Positions 55,052 through 61,873 of a stretch of DNA of 61,873 nucleotides are shown here, one piece after another. The stretch covers positions 1-61,873 of the forward strand of contig CAZVLR010000003.1 in the NCBI GenBank assembly GCA_964628095.1. The letters run 5' to 3'. Numbering within the stretch: the first letter of the stretch is position 1; each line of letters begins with the position of its first letter. Source of the stretch: an uncultured Candidatus Saccharibacteria bacterium (GTDB lineage: Bacteria; Patescibacteriota; Minisyncoccia; Minisyncoccales; CAZVLR01). A program made the position numbers and the translations under genes. Under the pieces are notes generated by a model that did no database searches, was not told the DNA's origin, and saw only the letters and a list, made by a program, of their open reading frames with translations.

Positions 55052-55462
55052 TTAAGCTTTTCTCTTGGTGCCGTATTTTGACCTCTCCCGCTTCCGGTTT
55101 TCTACGCCGCCGGTATCCAAAATACCCCGCACCACGTGATACCTGACACCGGGCAAATCTTTTACTCTGCCGCCCCGAATCATTACCACAGAATGCTCTT
55201 GCAAGTTATGGCCTTCGCCAGGAATATAAGCGGTTACTTCCATGCCATTGGTTAATCTTACTCTGGCTACTTTTCTCAAGGCCGAGTTTGGTTTTTTGGG
55301 AGTAATAGTAAAAACCTTCAAACATGTGCCTCTTTTAAAAGGAGAGGAAAATTTCCTGGGCCGATTCTTTAAAACATTAAATGCAAAAGTCAAAGCCGGA
55401 GTCTTGGATTTGGCCTTAACTCTTTTTCTTCCTTTTTTAATTATTTGTCTTATTGTCGGCAT
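55052..55462 (-). CDS. rpsL: 30S ribosomal protein S12
   Basis: MPTI.Q.I.KGR...[57 protein letters not shown]. Confidence 0.97.
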   Translation of the reverse strand: MPTIRQIIKKGRKRVKAKSKTPALTFAFNVLKNRPRKFSSPFKRGTCLKVFTITPKKPNSALRKVARVRLTNGMEVTAYIPGEGHNLQEHSVVMIRGGRVKDLPGVRYHVVRGILDTGGVENRKRERSKYGTKRKA

Positions 55463-55505
55463 TTTGAAATTAAAAAAATAATTAAGCGCTAAGCGCTTAC
55501 ATTAT

Positions 55506-55534
55506 AATGTAGCAAAAATATTTTTAATTGTCAA
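55506..55534 (-). promoter_or_regulatory. Candidate promoter of the rpsL-rpsG-fusA operon
   Basis: On the minus strand, TTGACA (55529-55534), a 17-nt spacer, then TACATT (55506-55511). Downstream the leader contains the hairpin AAGCGC-TAA-GCGCTT (~55476-55491). Confidence 0.45.
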
Positions 55535-55545
55535 CTCTATTAAAA

Positions 55546-56175
55546 TCAAAGAAAAGGAAGGGGGAAATTAACGATGAAATTATAAAGCCAGGCTGAAAAA
55601 TTAAAAATCCAGTCCAAGCCAAAGAAAATCAAGAAAAGAAGGATGAAAAATCCATACTGCTGTAAAAACATCTTGAAAGAATAAAAAGACCTATCGGGCA
55701 AAAAAGAAAACAAAATGTGCGAACCATCCAAGGGAGGTATTGGTATTAAATTAAATATGGCTAAAATAATATTATAAATAATAATAATGCTAAATAGCGC
55801 ATATAAAGACTGTGGAATACTAATAAATCTTAATATTAGCCCAAAAAACAAGCTAATTAACAAATTAGTCCCGGGCCCGGCTAAAGAAACCTTCAAATTG
55901 CCCCATTTTTTATCGCGAAAGTTATACGGATTTACCGGTACGGGCTTAGCCCAGCCAAAAATTGGACCTTGGCCAGCAGTCGCCACGAACAAAAGCAAGG
56001 GTAAAATAATTGAACCGAAAGGATCAATATGCTTTACAGGATTTAAAGAAAGCCTGCCGGCCATTTTAGCCGTTGGATCGCCCAAAGACAAAGCCACGCT
56101 GCCATGGGCAATTTCATGGATAATAACTGAAAAGAATAACACCAATAAAGAAAATATCGTTAAAATAATTTCCAT
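55546..56175 (-). CDS. Site-2 protease family (peptidase M50) membrane metalloprotease
   Basis: HEIAHG zinc motif in TM1, LNPVKHIDPFGS, and the distal PIPPLDGSHIL motif. Confidence 0.85.
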   Translation of the reverse strand: MEIILTIFSLLVLFFSVIIHEIAHGSVALSLGDPTAKMAGRLSLNPVKHIDPFGSIILPLLLFVATAGQGPIFGWAKPVPVNPYNFRDKKWGNLKVSLAGPGTNLLISLFFGLILRFISIPQSLYALFSIIIIYNIILAIFNLIPIPPLDGSHILFSFLPDRSFYSFKMFLQQYGFFILLFLIFFGLDWIFNFSAWLYNFIVNFPLPFL

Positions 56176-56232
56176 AATAACTTATTGTACCATGTCTTGA
56201 AAAAAAATAAATAATGTTGTAAAGTAAGCTAT

Positions 56233-56454
56233 ATGGCAAGACACTGCTTAATCTGCGAAAAAAAATCAATCATGACCTGGCGCTTGGTAAAACTTCGGGG
56301 TAAATACAACCCGACTACCAAAGTCAGAAAATATCCCAATCTCCAATGGGTTCGTATTCCTGTTGATATTAAAAAAGAGAGATACAAAGCTTTTGCCGGC
56401 AAAAGAATTTTAGCCTGCGCCAAATGCATTAAAGCTATTGGCAAAAGAAAATAA
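56233..56454 (+). CDS. rpmB: 50S ribosomal protein L28
   Basis: MARHCLICEKKS...VRKYPNLQWVRI resembles the L28 core (MxxxCxxxGK...RxxxPNLQxxRx). 73 aa. Confidence 0.7.
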   Translation: MARHCLICEKKSIMTWRLVKLRGKYNPTTKVRKYPNLQWVRIPVDIKKERYKAFAGKRILACAKCIKAIGKRK

Positions 56455-56464
56455 CTTTGGCCCC

Positions 56465-56535
56465 CGGGCTGTAGTACAGCGGTAGTATACACCCTTGGGG
56501 TGGGTGCGACCCGGGTTCAACTCCCGGCAGCCCGA
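56465..56535 (+). tRNA. tRNA-Pro, anticodon GGG (71 nt, CCA not encoded)
   Basis: Manual cloverleaf. Acceptor CGGGCTG/CAGCCCG. D arm GTAC-AGCGGTA-GTAT. Anticodon arm CACCC-TTGGGGT-GGGTG. 4-nt variable loop. T arm CCGGG-TTCAACT-CCCGG. Discriminator A. Confidence 0.9.
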
Positions 56536-56720
56536 CAAGACAAGTCAAATTTCGGAAGAGGTTACCTCGGGGCTTCGCCCCTCGACGTCTCCGCTTTGCG
56601 CCCTGCGCAAAACGGCAAATCGTCACGGTTCATAAAAATCCATCTGGACTTTCCGGTTTTGGCAAAGATTCGCGCCGACAATTTTAGAAACTAAGAGAAT
56701 AATTTCATAGGATTTTTAAG

Positions 56721-56750
56721 CAGAATCTCGCAAGTGATTCTGTTTTTGTT
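56721..56750 (+). terminator. Intrinsic terminator ending the rpmB-tRNA-Pro transcription unit
   Basis: CAGAATC-(8 nt)-GATTCTG followed by TTTTTGTTT. Confidence 0.6.
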
Positions 56751-56886
56751 TCGGGTCACGCACATTGACTCGTAGGACTGACTATACTATATTTACTGAT
56801 ATTATTAGGCATAGTGCTTGATACTTCTGCGGCACAATATTGCAGAGAACTTGTACATTAAGAGCTGAGAAAGGAAGGTAGATAAA

Positions 56887-57450
56887 ATGAGTGACGATGT
56901 TGATGCAAAGATTCTGTGTAAAAAACCTATCGCGTTTGCTCCACCATGGGCGGGCATGGAAAGTTTCTTTCAGCTGGAACATTGGCGAGTCCGGGTCGGA
57001 AACCGTGAAGATGATCGTATAGTCTGGAAGCGCGGAGATTTTGTTATCGTAGTTGCAATAACAGACTCCGGGAATGTCGTGCTCAACCGTGAATACAAAC
57101 AAGCGGTTGAACAGACACTGCTCTGCCTGCCAACGGGTGGAAAGAAAAAAGACGAAACACCCAAAGCGGCAGCTATCCGTGAACTGCGCGAAGAGTCTGG
57201 CTATACCAGCAGTACAGAGAATCATTGTCATGTTTTCGGGCCGTTTTTCAACTCACCCGATAAGTCCACTGAGCGGCACTACGTTGTAGTGGTGCTCGGA
57301 GCTGTGAGTGAAGGTTCACCTACGCCAGATGAATCCGAGACCATCCTCGGCACCCAGCTTTGTCCGGTAGATAAAACCAAGGACAAACTTATGATCGGCC
57401 TCCATCGTATGGCAATGGACATCGCAAGTGAGTTTCTTGCCAAGCGATGA
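56887..57450 (+). CDS. NUDIX hydrolase (compositionally GC-rich relative to its surroundings)
   Basis: Nudix box GGKKKDETPKAAAIRELREESGY (GX5EX7REUXEEXGU). RBS GGAAGG lies 8 nt upstream. Confidence 0.85.
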   Translation: MSDDVDAKILCKKPIAFAPPWAGMESFFQLEHWRVRVGNREDDRIVWKRGDFVIVVAITDSGNVVLNREYKQAVEQTLLCLPTGGKKKDETPKAAAIRELREESGYTSSTENHCHVFGPFFNSPDKSTERHYVVVVLGAVSEGSPTPDESETILGTQLCPVDKTKDKLMIGLHRMAMDIASEFLAKR

Positions 57451-57719
57451 GACGCTCGAACATGTCTTCTTTAGCGCCTTGCGGAATTCGTAATAAACGG
57501 ATCAATCCATAAGGCGCTTTCTTTTTATCAACTTTCAAAGAACAAGCTTTACGAAAACAAATTTTTTCAGCTATTCTTTACTTGTATTTATTTTTGCAAT
57601 TTCGCTCAAAATGAGCTCGCACTAAATTCAGAATACGCAACCAGATTAAACTTTTAAAAAACACGGAGCGATTAATTTATCGCCTGTTTTGCTTAATTAA
57701 TTAACCTAAAACACTAAAA

Positions 57720-58433
57720 CTACTCTGAGTATCCAAATCGGTATTTGAAAATATCTGATCTGACCGGGCCCTTTAAAATCATGTGCATTTCACACAATAT
57801 ATATTTAGCCGCCACGTTAAAATGACCGTCTCGCTTAAAGCGGCGGACCGAAACTAAAATTGGGTAAGATTTTAAAAATCCTAATTTGGCAACTTTTCCA
57901 GCGCGCTTGGCATAATCATGGTCTTCAGCTAATTTTAAGTCTTCATCAAAACCGTCAATTCTGTCGTGAACCTTTTTACGAATAAAAATACAAAATCCTG
58001 GAGCGTGCGGAAGTAAAAGATTAACTTTTCTTATATAAAAATTAGCCACCTGATGAAAAAGCCGGTCGATAATTTTTTCCGACATGGGACAAAAGGCACA
58101 AGTAGCCATGTCAAACTTATGCCTTTTGAATTCAGATAAGTTCTTTTTTAAAAAATCTGGCGCTGGTAATATAACATCGGCGTCTAAAAATAAAAGGGTG
58201 TCGCCCCGGGCCGCCAAAGCTCCGTTGTTACGGGCCTGAGACGGTGGTCCACCACTAACCACTTTTGCGTCATAAGAAGAAGCGATTTGGCGGGTACTAT
58301 CTTTTGAATTATTATCAGCTACAATTATTTCAAATCTAACGCCCACTTGTTTGTTTATAGATCTTAACAAATTTGACAATGATTTTTCCTCGTTGAGTGT
58401 TGGTATAATAATACTTAATAATTTTTTATTCAT
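57720..58433 (-). CDS. Family 2 glycosyltransferase
   Basis: Trimmed to the ATG at 58431-58433 (MNKKLLSIIIPTLNEE). The longer track ORF would run through the ncRNA terminator. Also contains DNNSKDST and LDADV. Confidence 0.8.
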   Translation of the reverse strand: MNKKLLSIIIPTLNEEKSLSNLLRSINKQVGVRFEIIVADNNSKDSTRQIASSYDAKVVSGGPPSQARNNGALAARGDTLLFLDADVILPAPDFLKKNLSEFKRHKFDMATCAFCPMSEKIIDRLFHQVANFYIRKVNLLLPHAPGFCIFIRKKVHDRIDGFDEDLKLAEDHDYAKRAGKVAKLGFLKSYPILVSVRRFKRDGHFNVAAKYILCEMHMILKGPVRSDIFKYRFGYSE

Positions 58434-58484
58434 ATATTCACGCTTTAATTTAAAACAGGTAAAAAGTGTTTTATGGCGTTTTTT

Positions 58485-58670
58485 AAAAAACCGCCCCAAC
58501 AAGAGGCGGATCTATCTTTTAGCAACTAAATGGCCCTCACGTACCTCTAGAAAGTTCTCTGGAAAAGATTCCAAGTGGGTGTCTAAGGTACGGCCCACAG
58601 GCCATACGCATTTCAGACTCCCCTAATATGTGTTTGTCCCAGAATCTTGCTAGAAGAAGCAGGGGCCACC
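58485..58670 (-). ncRNA. Independently transcribed ~185-nt structured RNA, 6S-RNA-like rod with a central bubble (candidate ssrS)
   Basis: A consensus promoter lies upstream and an intrinsic terminator CCGCCTC-TTGTT-GGGGCGG-TTTTTT lies at 58485-58509. Hand fold, in RNA coordinates: closing stem nt 1-32 with 109-142 (for example GGTGGCCC/GGGCCATT and CTTCTAG/CTAGAGG). Unpaired stretches ~33-47 and ~95-108. Apical hairpin GTATGGCC-TGTG-GGCCGTAC. Confidence 0.5.
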
Positions 58671-58673
58671 TTT

Positions 58674-58701
58674 ATTATATTATAGCGGGTTCGAGTGTCA
58701 A
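58674..58701 (-). promoter_or_regulatory. Perfect consensus sigma-70 promoter of the ncRNA
   Basis: On the minus strand, TTGACA (58696-58701), a 16-nt spacer, then TATAAT (58674-58679). The predicted TSS around 58667-58670 falls at GGTGGCCCC. Confidence 0.75.
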
Positions 58702-58705
58702 TTAA

Positions 58706-59782
58706 TTAAAGCCCTAAAACTTGAACTAATTGTTTAATCATGGCCAGCACTACCGGCGGCGCTAACAAGCTTACCGATTCCACGCCTTGATCGTCTTTTA
58801 TCACCCAAGGCCGTTCTTTAACAACCGCTTTTTTACTCTTTTGGTCCCACTGATAATAATACTCGGGCGTGACTTCGTAATCGTCAACGTATTTTTTAGT
58901 TTCTTTTGCTGGCAAGGAATTTCTCAGATAAATTTTGGGTATACCGTAAAGCGACTGGGCTTGCTGTATCAGTTTTTCGTCTTTTTCCAGCCTATCTTTT
59001 ATAGGAGCGGTGCCCAATTCATCACCTTCTTTCCCCACCATCCGAACTTGCTTACATGAAGGATTATCACACAATAAATAAAATTCTTTTTGCTTTTCAT
59101 CGTATCCCACTTTGGAGGTTGGCAACAATTTCAAATTTCTCGAGGTTTGGCATTTAGGGCATACCCTTCTCCATTTGATTCTTTCATCAATAACCGAGGT
59201 GGGCACGTTGATTAAAATAAAAATGTCTTGGTCTTCCCGGTAACCAATTAGGTCTCGAAAAAATAAAGCGTAGGAAATCTGGTCCATTTCACGGGGAAAA
59301 CCATCAATAAATATTGTTTTTTTGCCTCTTTTGGCAATTTCTCTTTTAGCTAAAGCCAAAACCAATTCAGTGGGCAATAAAGTTTTGGTGCTTCTTTTTT
59401 CCAAAGACTTAATAATGTCTTCTAGAGGCAACCAGCCACGGTAATTCTTTTTTAGAAAATCAATTAGCGCTTTTTTCTTCTTAGGATCAGCTACTTCCTT
59501 GTCTAGCAATCGCACAGTGTCGCCAATAGAGAGATGTTCAATTTTATCGGATGAAACTATTTCAGCCAACATTTTGGCGTAAGTCCCCTTGCCCGAATTC
59601 TTCTTGCCCATTAAGTAAGCAATAAAAGTGTTCTTTTTAAAATAATCCTTTAGTTTTTTTATTTCCTTGCCCGCTTTCAAATTAAAATAGGCGGCCCTTT
59701 CCTTGGGGTCGGCCAAATTGAATTTTTTGTTAAGGCCGGATGTCTTTGTTTTAAAAATTGGGAATTCGTTTTTTGTTGGCAT
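58706..59782 (-). CDS. Adenylate-kinase-family protein, long form (358 aa) with a zinc-ribbon LID and N- and C-terminal extensions
   Basis: P-loop MGKKNSGKGTY, the NMP-binding-like FIDGFPREMDQ, and the LID CPKCQ...CDNPSC. Confidence 0.55.
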   Translation of the reverse strand: MPTKNEFPIFKTKTSGLNKKFNLADPKERAAYFNLKAGKEIKKLKDYFKKNTFIAYLMGKKNSGKGTYAKMLAEIVSSDKIEHLSIGDTVRLLDKEVADPKKKKALIDFLKKNYRGWLPLEDIIKSLEKRSTKTLLPTELVLALAKREIAKRGKKTIFIDGFPREMDQISYALFFRDLIGYREDQDIFILINVPTSVIDERIKWRRVCPKCQTSRNLKLLPTSKVGYDEKQKEFYLLCDNPSCKQVRMVGKEGDELGTAPIKDRLEKDEKLIQQAQSLYGIPKIYLRNSLPAKETKKYVDDYEVTPEYYYQWDQKSKKAVVKERPWVIKDDQGVESVSLLAPPVVLAMIKQLVQVLGL

Positions 59783-59845
59783 ATTATAGGTGTTTAAAAA
59801 ATATATCTTATTCTATCAAAGATAATCATTTTGGCAAGAATGAAA

Positions 59846-60436
59846 TCAAATTTTAAAACCCTGACCTAAAAAATAAAATTCTGAGCTGTTTCTGGTGGTG
59901 GCTCTGGGCCGTATTTTCTTAGTTAAATTAAACTGGGACTCAATATTTTTAATGAATTGGTTAGCTTCTTGGCTCTCAAAAATCTTGCACAAAAAAGCTC
60001 CCTTGGGATTTAAAGCCTCAAGGGCAACCTCAAAAGCTTTTTCGCTTAATTCCAAAGATTTACCCGCATCCAAAGATTTTACCCCGGTGGTCGAAGGCGC
60101 CGAATCAGATACCACCGTATCAAACTTTCCCAAGACAATTACTTCATCCTTATCAAGCTCTAAAATGCTCTTTTTTAAAAAAACCGCGTTGTCGGGAGTT
60201 TTAATCTTTAACTCTTCAATATCAATACCTTTTATTAAACCCGTCGGCCCGATTTTTGAACTAATATAAAGCAACCATGAGCCCGGGCTACAACCTAAAT
60301 CCAAAACCCGATCCCCCTTTTTAAAAAGATGGTATTTTAAATCAATTTCTTGCAATTTATAAACAGACCTGGCAGGATAACCCTCTTTATGGGCTTTTCT
60401 GGTGTAATATTCGTCTTTTTTATCTTTACGATACAT
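59846..60436 (-). CDS. rlmE: 23S rRNA (uridine-2'-O)-methyltransferase RlmE/FtsJ
   Basis: RSVYKLQEID.KY.LFKKGDRVLDLGCSPGSW....VSD.AP..TG. Confidence 0.8.
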   Translation of the reverse strand: MYRKDKKDEYYTRKAHKEGYPARSVYKLQEIDLKYHLFKKGDRVLDLGCSPGSWLLYISSKIGPTGLIKGIDIEELKIKTPDNAVFLKKSILELDKDEVIVLGKFDTVVSDSAPSTTGVKSLDAGKSLELSEKAFEVALEALNPKGAFLCKIFESQEANQFIKNIESQFNLTKKIRPRATTRNSSEFYFLGQGFKI

Positions 60437-60456
60437 TTTGTTATTATAGCATTAAA

Positions 60457-61329
60457 TTATTTAAAACTTTGGCAAAAAACTTCTTGCTCATCGCTAAAAC
60501 AGGAAATATCGCCTGATTCATCTGTACGAAAAATATTAACTCCTTCAAGCGTTTGCAATACTTCAGGTGCTGGATGGCCGTAACTATTGTTTTGGCCCAC
60601 CTGAATTACGGCAATGCTCGGCAAAACCTTACTGATAAAATCGGCTGAACTGGAAAATTTTGAACCATGGTGCGCTACTTTTAAAATATCTGCTTTTAAA
60701 TCAACGCTTTCTAATCTTAATAATTCACTTTCAATTTCTTGGGAAATGTCCCCTGTAAAAAGAAAGCTTTTCTGACCAAAAACCAATCGGCTCACAATTG
60801 AAGTATTGTTACTATCTTCTTTTTGAACACCTTTTAAGTCCTGTAAAGGATATAAAACTTCCAGATAATTTTCAGCTCTTTTTGAAAAGAACACCTTTTG
60901 CCCAAATCTGGCACAATAAATATTAGCCCCCTCTTCTGCAATAACTTTTTCCCATTCTTTAAATTCGGAAGTATCACGCACCACTCCCGTCCATAAAATA
61001 TTCTGCACTTGGTATCGTTTTAAAACCTCGATTAAGCCAGTTAAATGGTCTTTTTCCGGATGGGTTAAAATAAACAGCTCGATGGTTCTATCCCAAAAGG
61101 GCATTTTCTTGCCCAGCTTCTCCAAAATCAATGAAGATGGCCCGCCATCGATCAATATTTGACCGCTCCCAGAAACATTAATTAAGATCGAATCGCCCTG
61201 GCCAACATTAAAAAAATCGACCTCTAGATTTTTAAAACGGTTCTGTTCAAAAGCAATAATTAAAGCCAGGACATTACTTAAAAATAAAAAGGCTAGAATG
61301 TAAAAAACGGCTTTCTGGCTCTTTAGCAT
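60457..61329 (-). CDS. ComEC/Rec2-related MBL-fold metallo-hydrolase (membrane-anchored, beta-lactamase-like domain only)
   Basis: An N-terminal TM segment, then FFNVGQGDSILI, THPEKDH and VAHHGS, as in the C-terminal domain of ComEC. Confidence 0.7.
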   Translation of the reverse strand: MLKSQKAVFYILAFLFLSNVLALIIAFEQNRFKNLEVDFFNVGQGDSILINVSGSGQILIDGGPSSLILEKLGKKMPFWDRTIELFILTHPEKDHLTGLIEVLKRYQVQNILWTGVVRDTSEFKEWEKVIAEEGANIYCARFGQKVFFSKRAENYLEVLYPLQDLKGVQKEDSNNTSIVSRLVFGQKSFLFTGDISQEIESELLRLESVDLKADILKVAHHGSKFSSSADFISKVLPSIAVIQVGQNNSYGHPAPEVLQTLEGVNIFRTDESGDISCFSDEQEVFCQSFK

Positions 61330-61365
61330 TCTCTAATTCTAGCAAAAAAGGGCATCTATTGCGAT

Positions 61366-61394
61366 TTGACAAAAAAATATAAAAATTATATAGT
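61366..61394 (+). promoter_or_regulatory. Sigma-70-type promoter of the terminal NUDIX gene
   Basis: TTGACA (61366-61371), a 17-nt spacer, then TATAGT (61389-61394). Confidence 0.65.
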
Positions 61395-61449
61395 ATTATA
61401 TTAACTAAAACTTGCTCTTATTAATTTAATACAGAAAGAGGTGCGAATA

Positions 61450-61873
61450 ATGAATTTACCGAGAAAAATTAGAGAAGAAATACTTGTTAAAATGTATGGA
61501 AAGACAATAGTATGGGCTTACTTTTTAAACCAAAAAACCAACAAAGAGGATGAATACCTTCTCTGGGGTGGCGCCGATATTGCCACGATTTTACCCATAA
61601 CAGAAAAGGGTAAGGTAATTACCACTGTTGAATTTATGCAGGGTGCCAACAAGCTCATTCACCAATTACCCGGCGGCTTAATTGACCCCAAAGAAACACC
61701 TGAAGCTGCTGTAAAAAGGGAGCTGCTTGAAGAAACTGGATATAAAGCCAAAAGGATTATCCGTCTTGGCAAGCCCGTATGGGAGAACTGCCGGAATTCC
61801 CGAACAAAAACATATCTCTTTTTAGGTCTTGATTGCCAAAAGATCCAAAAACCCAATCCCGAACAAACCGAAC
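61450..61873 (+). CDS. NUDIX hydrolase (ADP-ribose pyrophosphatase-like), 3' end beyond the window
   Basis: ATG at 61450 with AGAAAGAGGTG upstream. Translates to MNLPRKIREEIL...LPGGLIDPKETPEAAVKRELLEETGY (Nudix box). The frame is open to the window edge, so it is absent from the ORF track. Confidence 0.8.
   Translation, partial: MNLPRKIREEILVKMYGKTIVWAYFLNQKTNKEDEYLLWGGADIATILPITEKGKVITTVEFMQGANKLIHQLPGGLIDPKETPEAAVKRELLEETGYKAKRIIRLGKPVWENCRNSRTKTYLFLGLDCQKIQKPNPEQTE

Noticed and set aside
56435-56694. Track ORFs 56435..56626 (minus) and 56500..56694 (plus) as possible small proteins.
   Set aside because: Both run through tRNA-Pro (56465-56535) and the GC-rich trailer. Neither has an RBS and neither shows protein-like composition. 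They are artefacts of a stop-poor GC-rich stretch.
56782-57231. 149-aa minus-strand ORF opposite the GC-rich NUDIX gene.
   Set aside because: It is antisense to a gene with a clear Nudix box and RBS, and its Cys/Phe-rich translation has no motifs. This is the typical shadow ORF of a GC-richer gene.
57451-57720. Direct repeat of the tRNA-Pro 3' end (attR) that would delimit an integrated islet.
   Set aside because: By eye I could not find a copy of GGTTCAACTCCCGGCAGCCCG or a substantial part of it downstream of the NUDIX gene. The island idea therefore rests on composition and position only.
57690-58730. Similar TTAATTAA...CCTAAAAC strings near 57695 and 58703, considered as a possible inverted or direct repeat pair flanking the GT2 gene and the ncRNA.
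   Set aside because: Both coincide with the 3' ends and stop codons of minus-strand genes. The shared stretch is short and AT-rich, so it is most likely coincidence.
1-61873. CRISPR arrays, transposases, integrases, prophage genes, toxin-antitoxin pairs or known defence systems.
   Set aside because: I found no regularly spaced direct repeats in any intergenic region, and all gaps are under 360 nt. No ORF shows DDE, tyrosine- or serine-recombinase or Cas motifs. A computational repeat search would be needed to exclude short degenerate repeats.
1-61873. Alternative genetic code (UGA as Gly or Trp), as in some CPR-related lineages.
   Set aside because: Conserved genes such as secA, fusA, tuf, secY and the ribosomal proteins are full-length and uninterrupted under the standard code. 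Stops fall at the expected C-termini.

Overview
This 61.9-kb window looks like a streamlined, AT-leaning bacterial chromosome segment (about 40% GC, judged by eye) of the Candidate Phyla Radiation / Patescibacteria type. Genes are tightly packed and almost all lie on the minus strand. Only rnpB, the rpmB-tRNA-Pro-NUDIX block and a final NUDIX gene are on the plus strand.

The core is one long translation super-cluster on the minus strand, running from high to low coordinates: rpsL-rpsG-fusA-tuf-rpsJ-rplCDWB-rpsS-rplV-rpsC-rplP-rpmC-rpsQ-rplNXE-[3-gene insert]-rpsN-rpsH-rplFR-rpsE-rplO-secY-adk-map-[8.6 kb insert]-infA-rpmJ-rpsMKD-rpoA-rplQ-rplM. L30 is absent between S5 and L15, which is a CPR hallmark. 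Many ribosomal proteins and RpoA carry Lys-rich tails.

Other housekeeping genes are lepA (partial), murJ, RNase P RNA, rnhA, pgk, secDF, secA, alaS, tpiA, rlmE, tRNA-Pro(GGG) and rpmB. Standard genetic code, with mostly TAA stops. I saw no CRISPR array, transposase or integrase.

The most notable observations are:
- An HgdC-type ATP-dependent electron activase plus two DUF2229/HgdAB-like proteins, embedded inside the spc operon between rplE and rpsN.
- A conserved-looking trio: a VirD4/TraD-like ATPase with a zinc ribbon, a membrane partner, and a sigma-region-4 HTH protein. It heads a long operon that also encodes a RecJ-like DHH protein, RNase H and a 704-aa pilin-signal protein.
- An archaeal-style pdaD / deoxyhypusine-synthase-like / speB operon.
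- A roughly 185-nt rod-shaped ncRNA (6S-like) with a perfect TTGACA-16-TATAAT promoter and an intrinsic terminator.
- An AT-rich island encoding CYTH, HD and an unknown protein.
- A GC-rich NUDIX islet next to tRNA-Pro.
- An RpoA that lacks the alpha-CTD.

All functional calls come from motif and family recognition by eye. No database searches were run.
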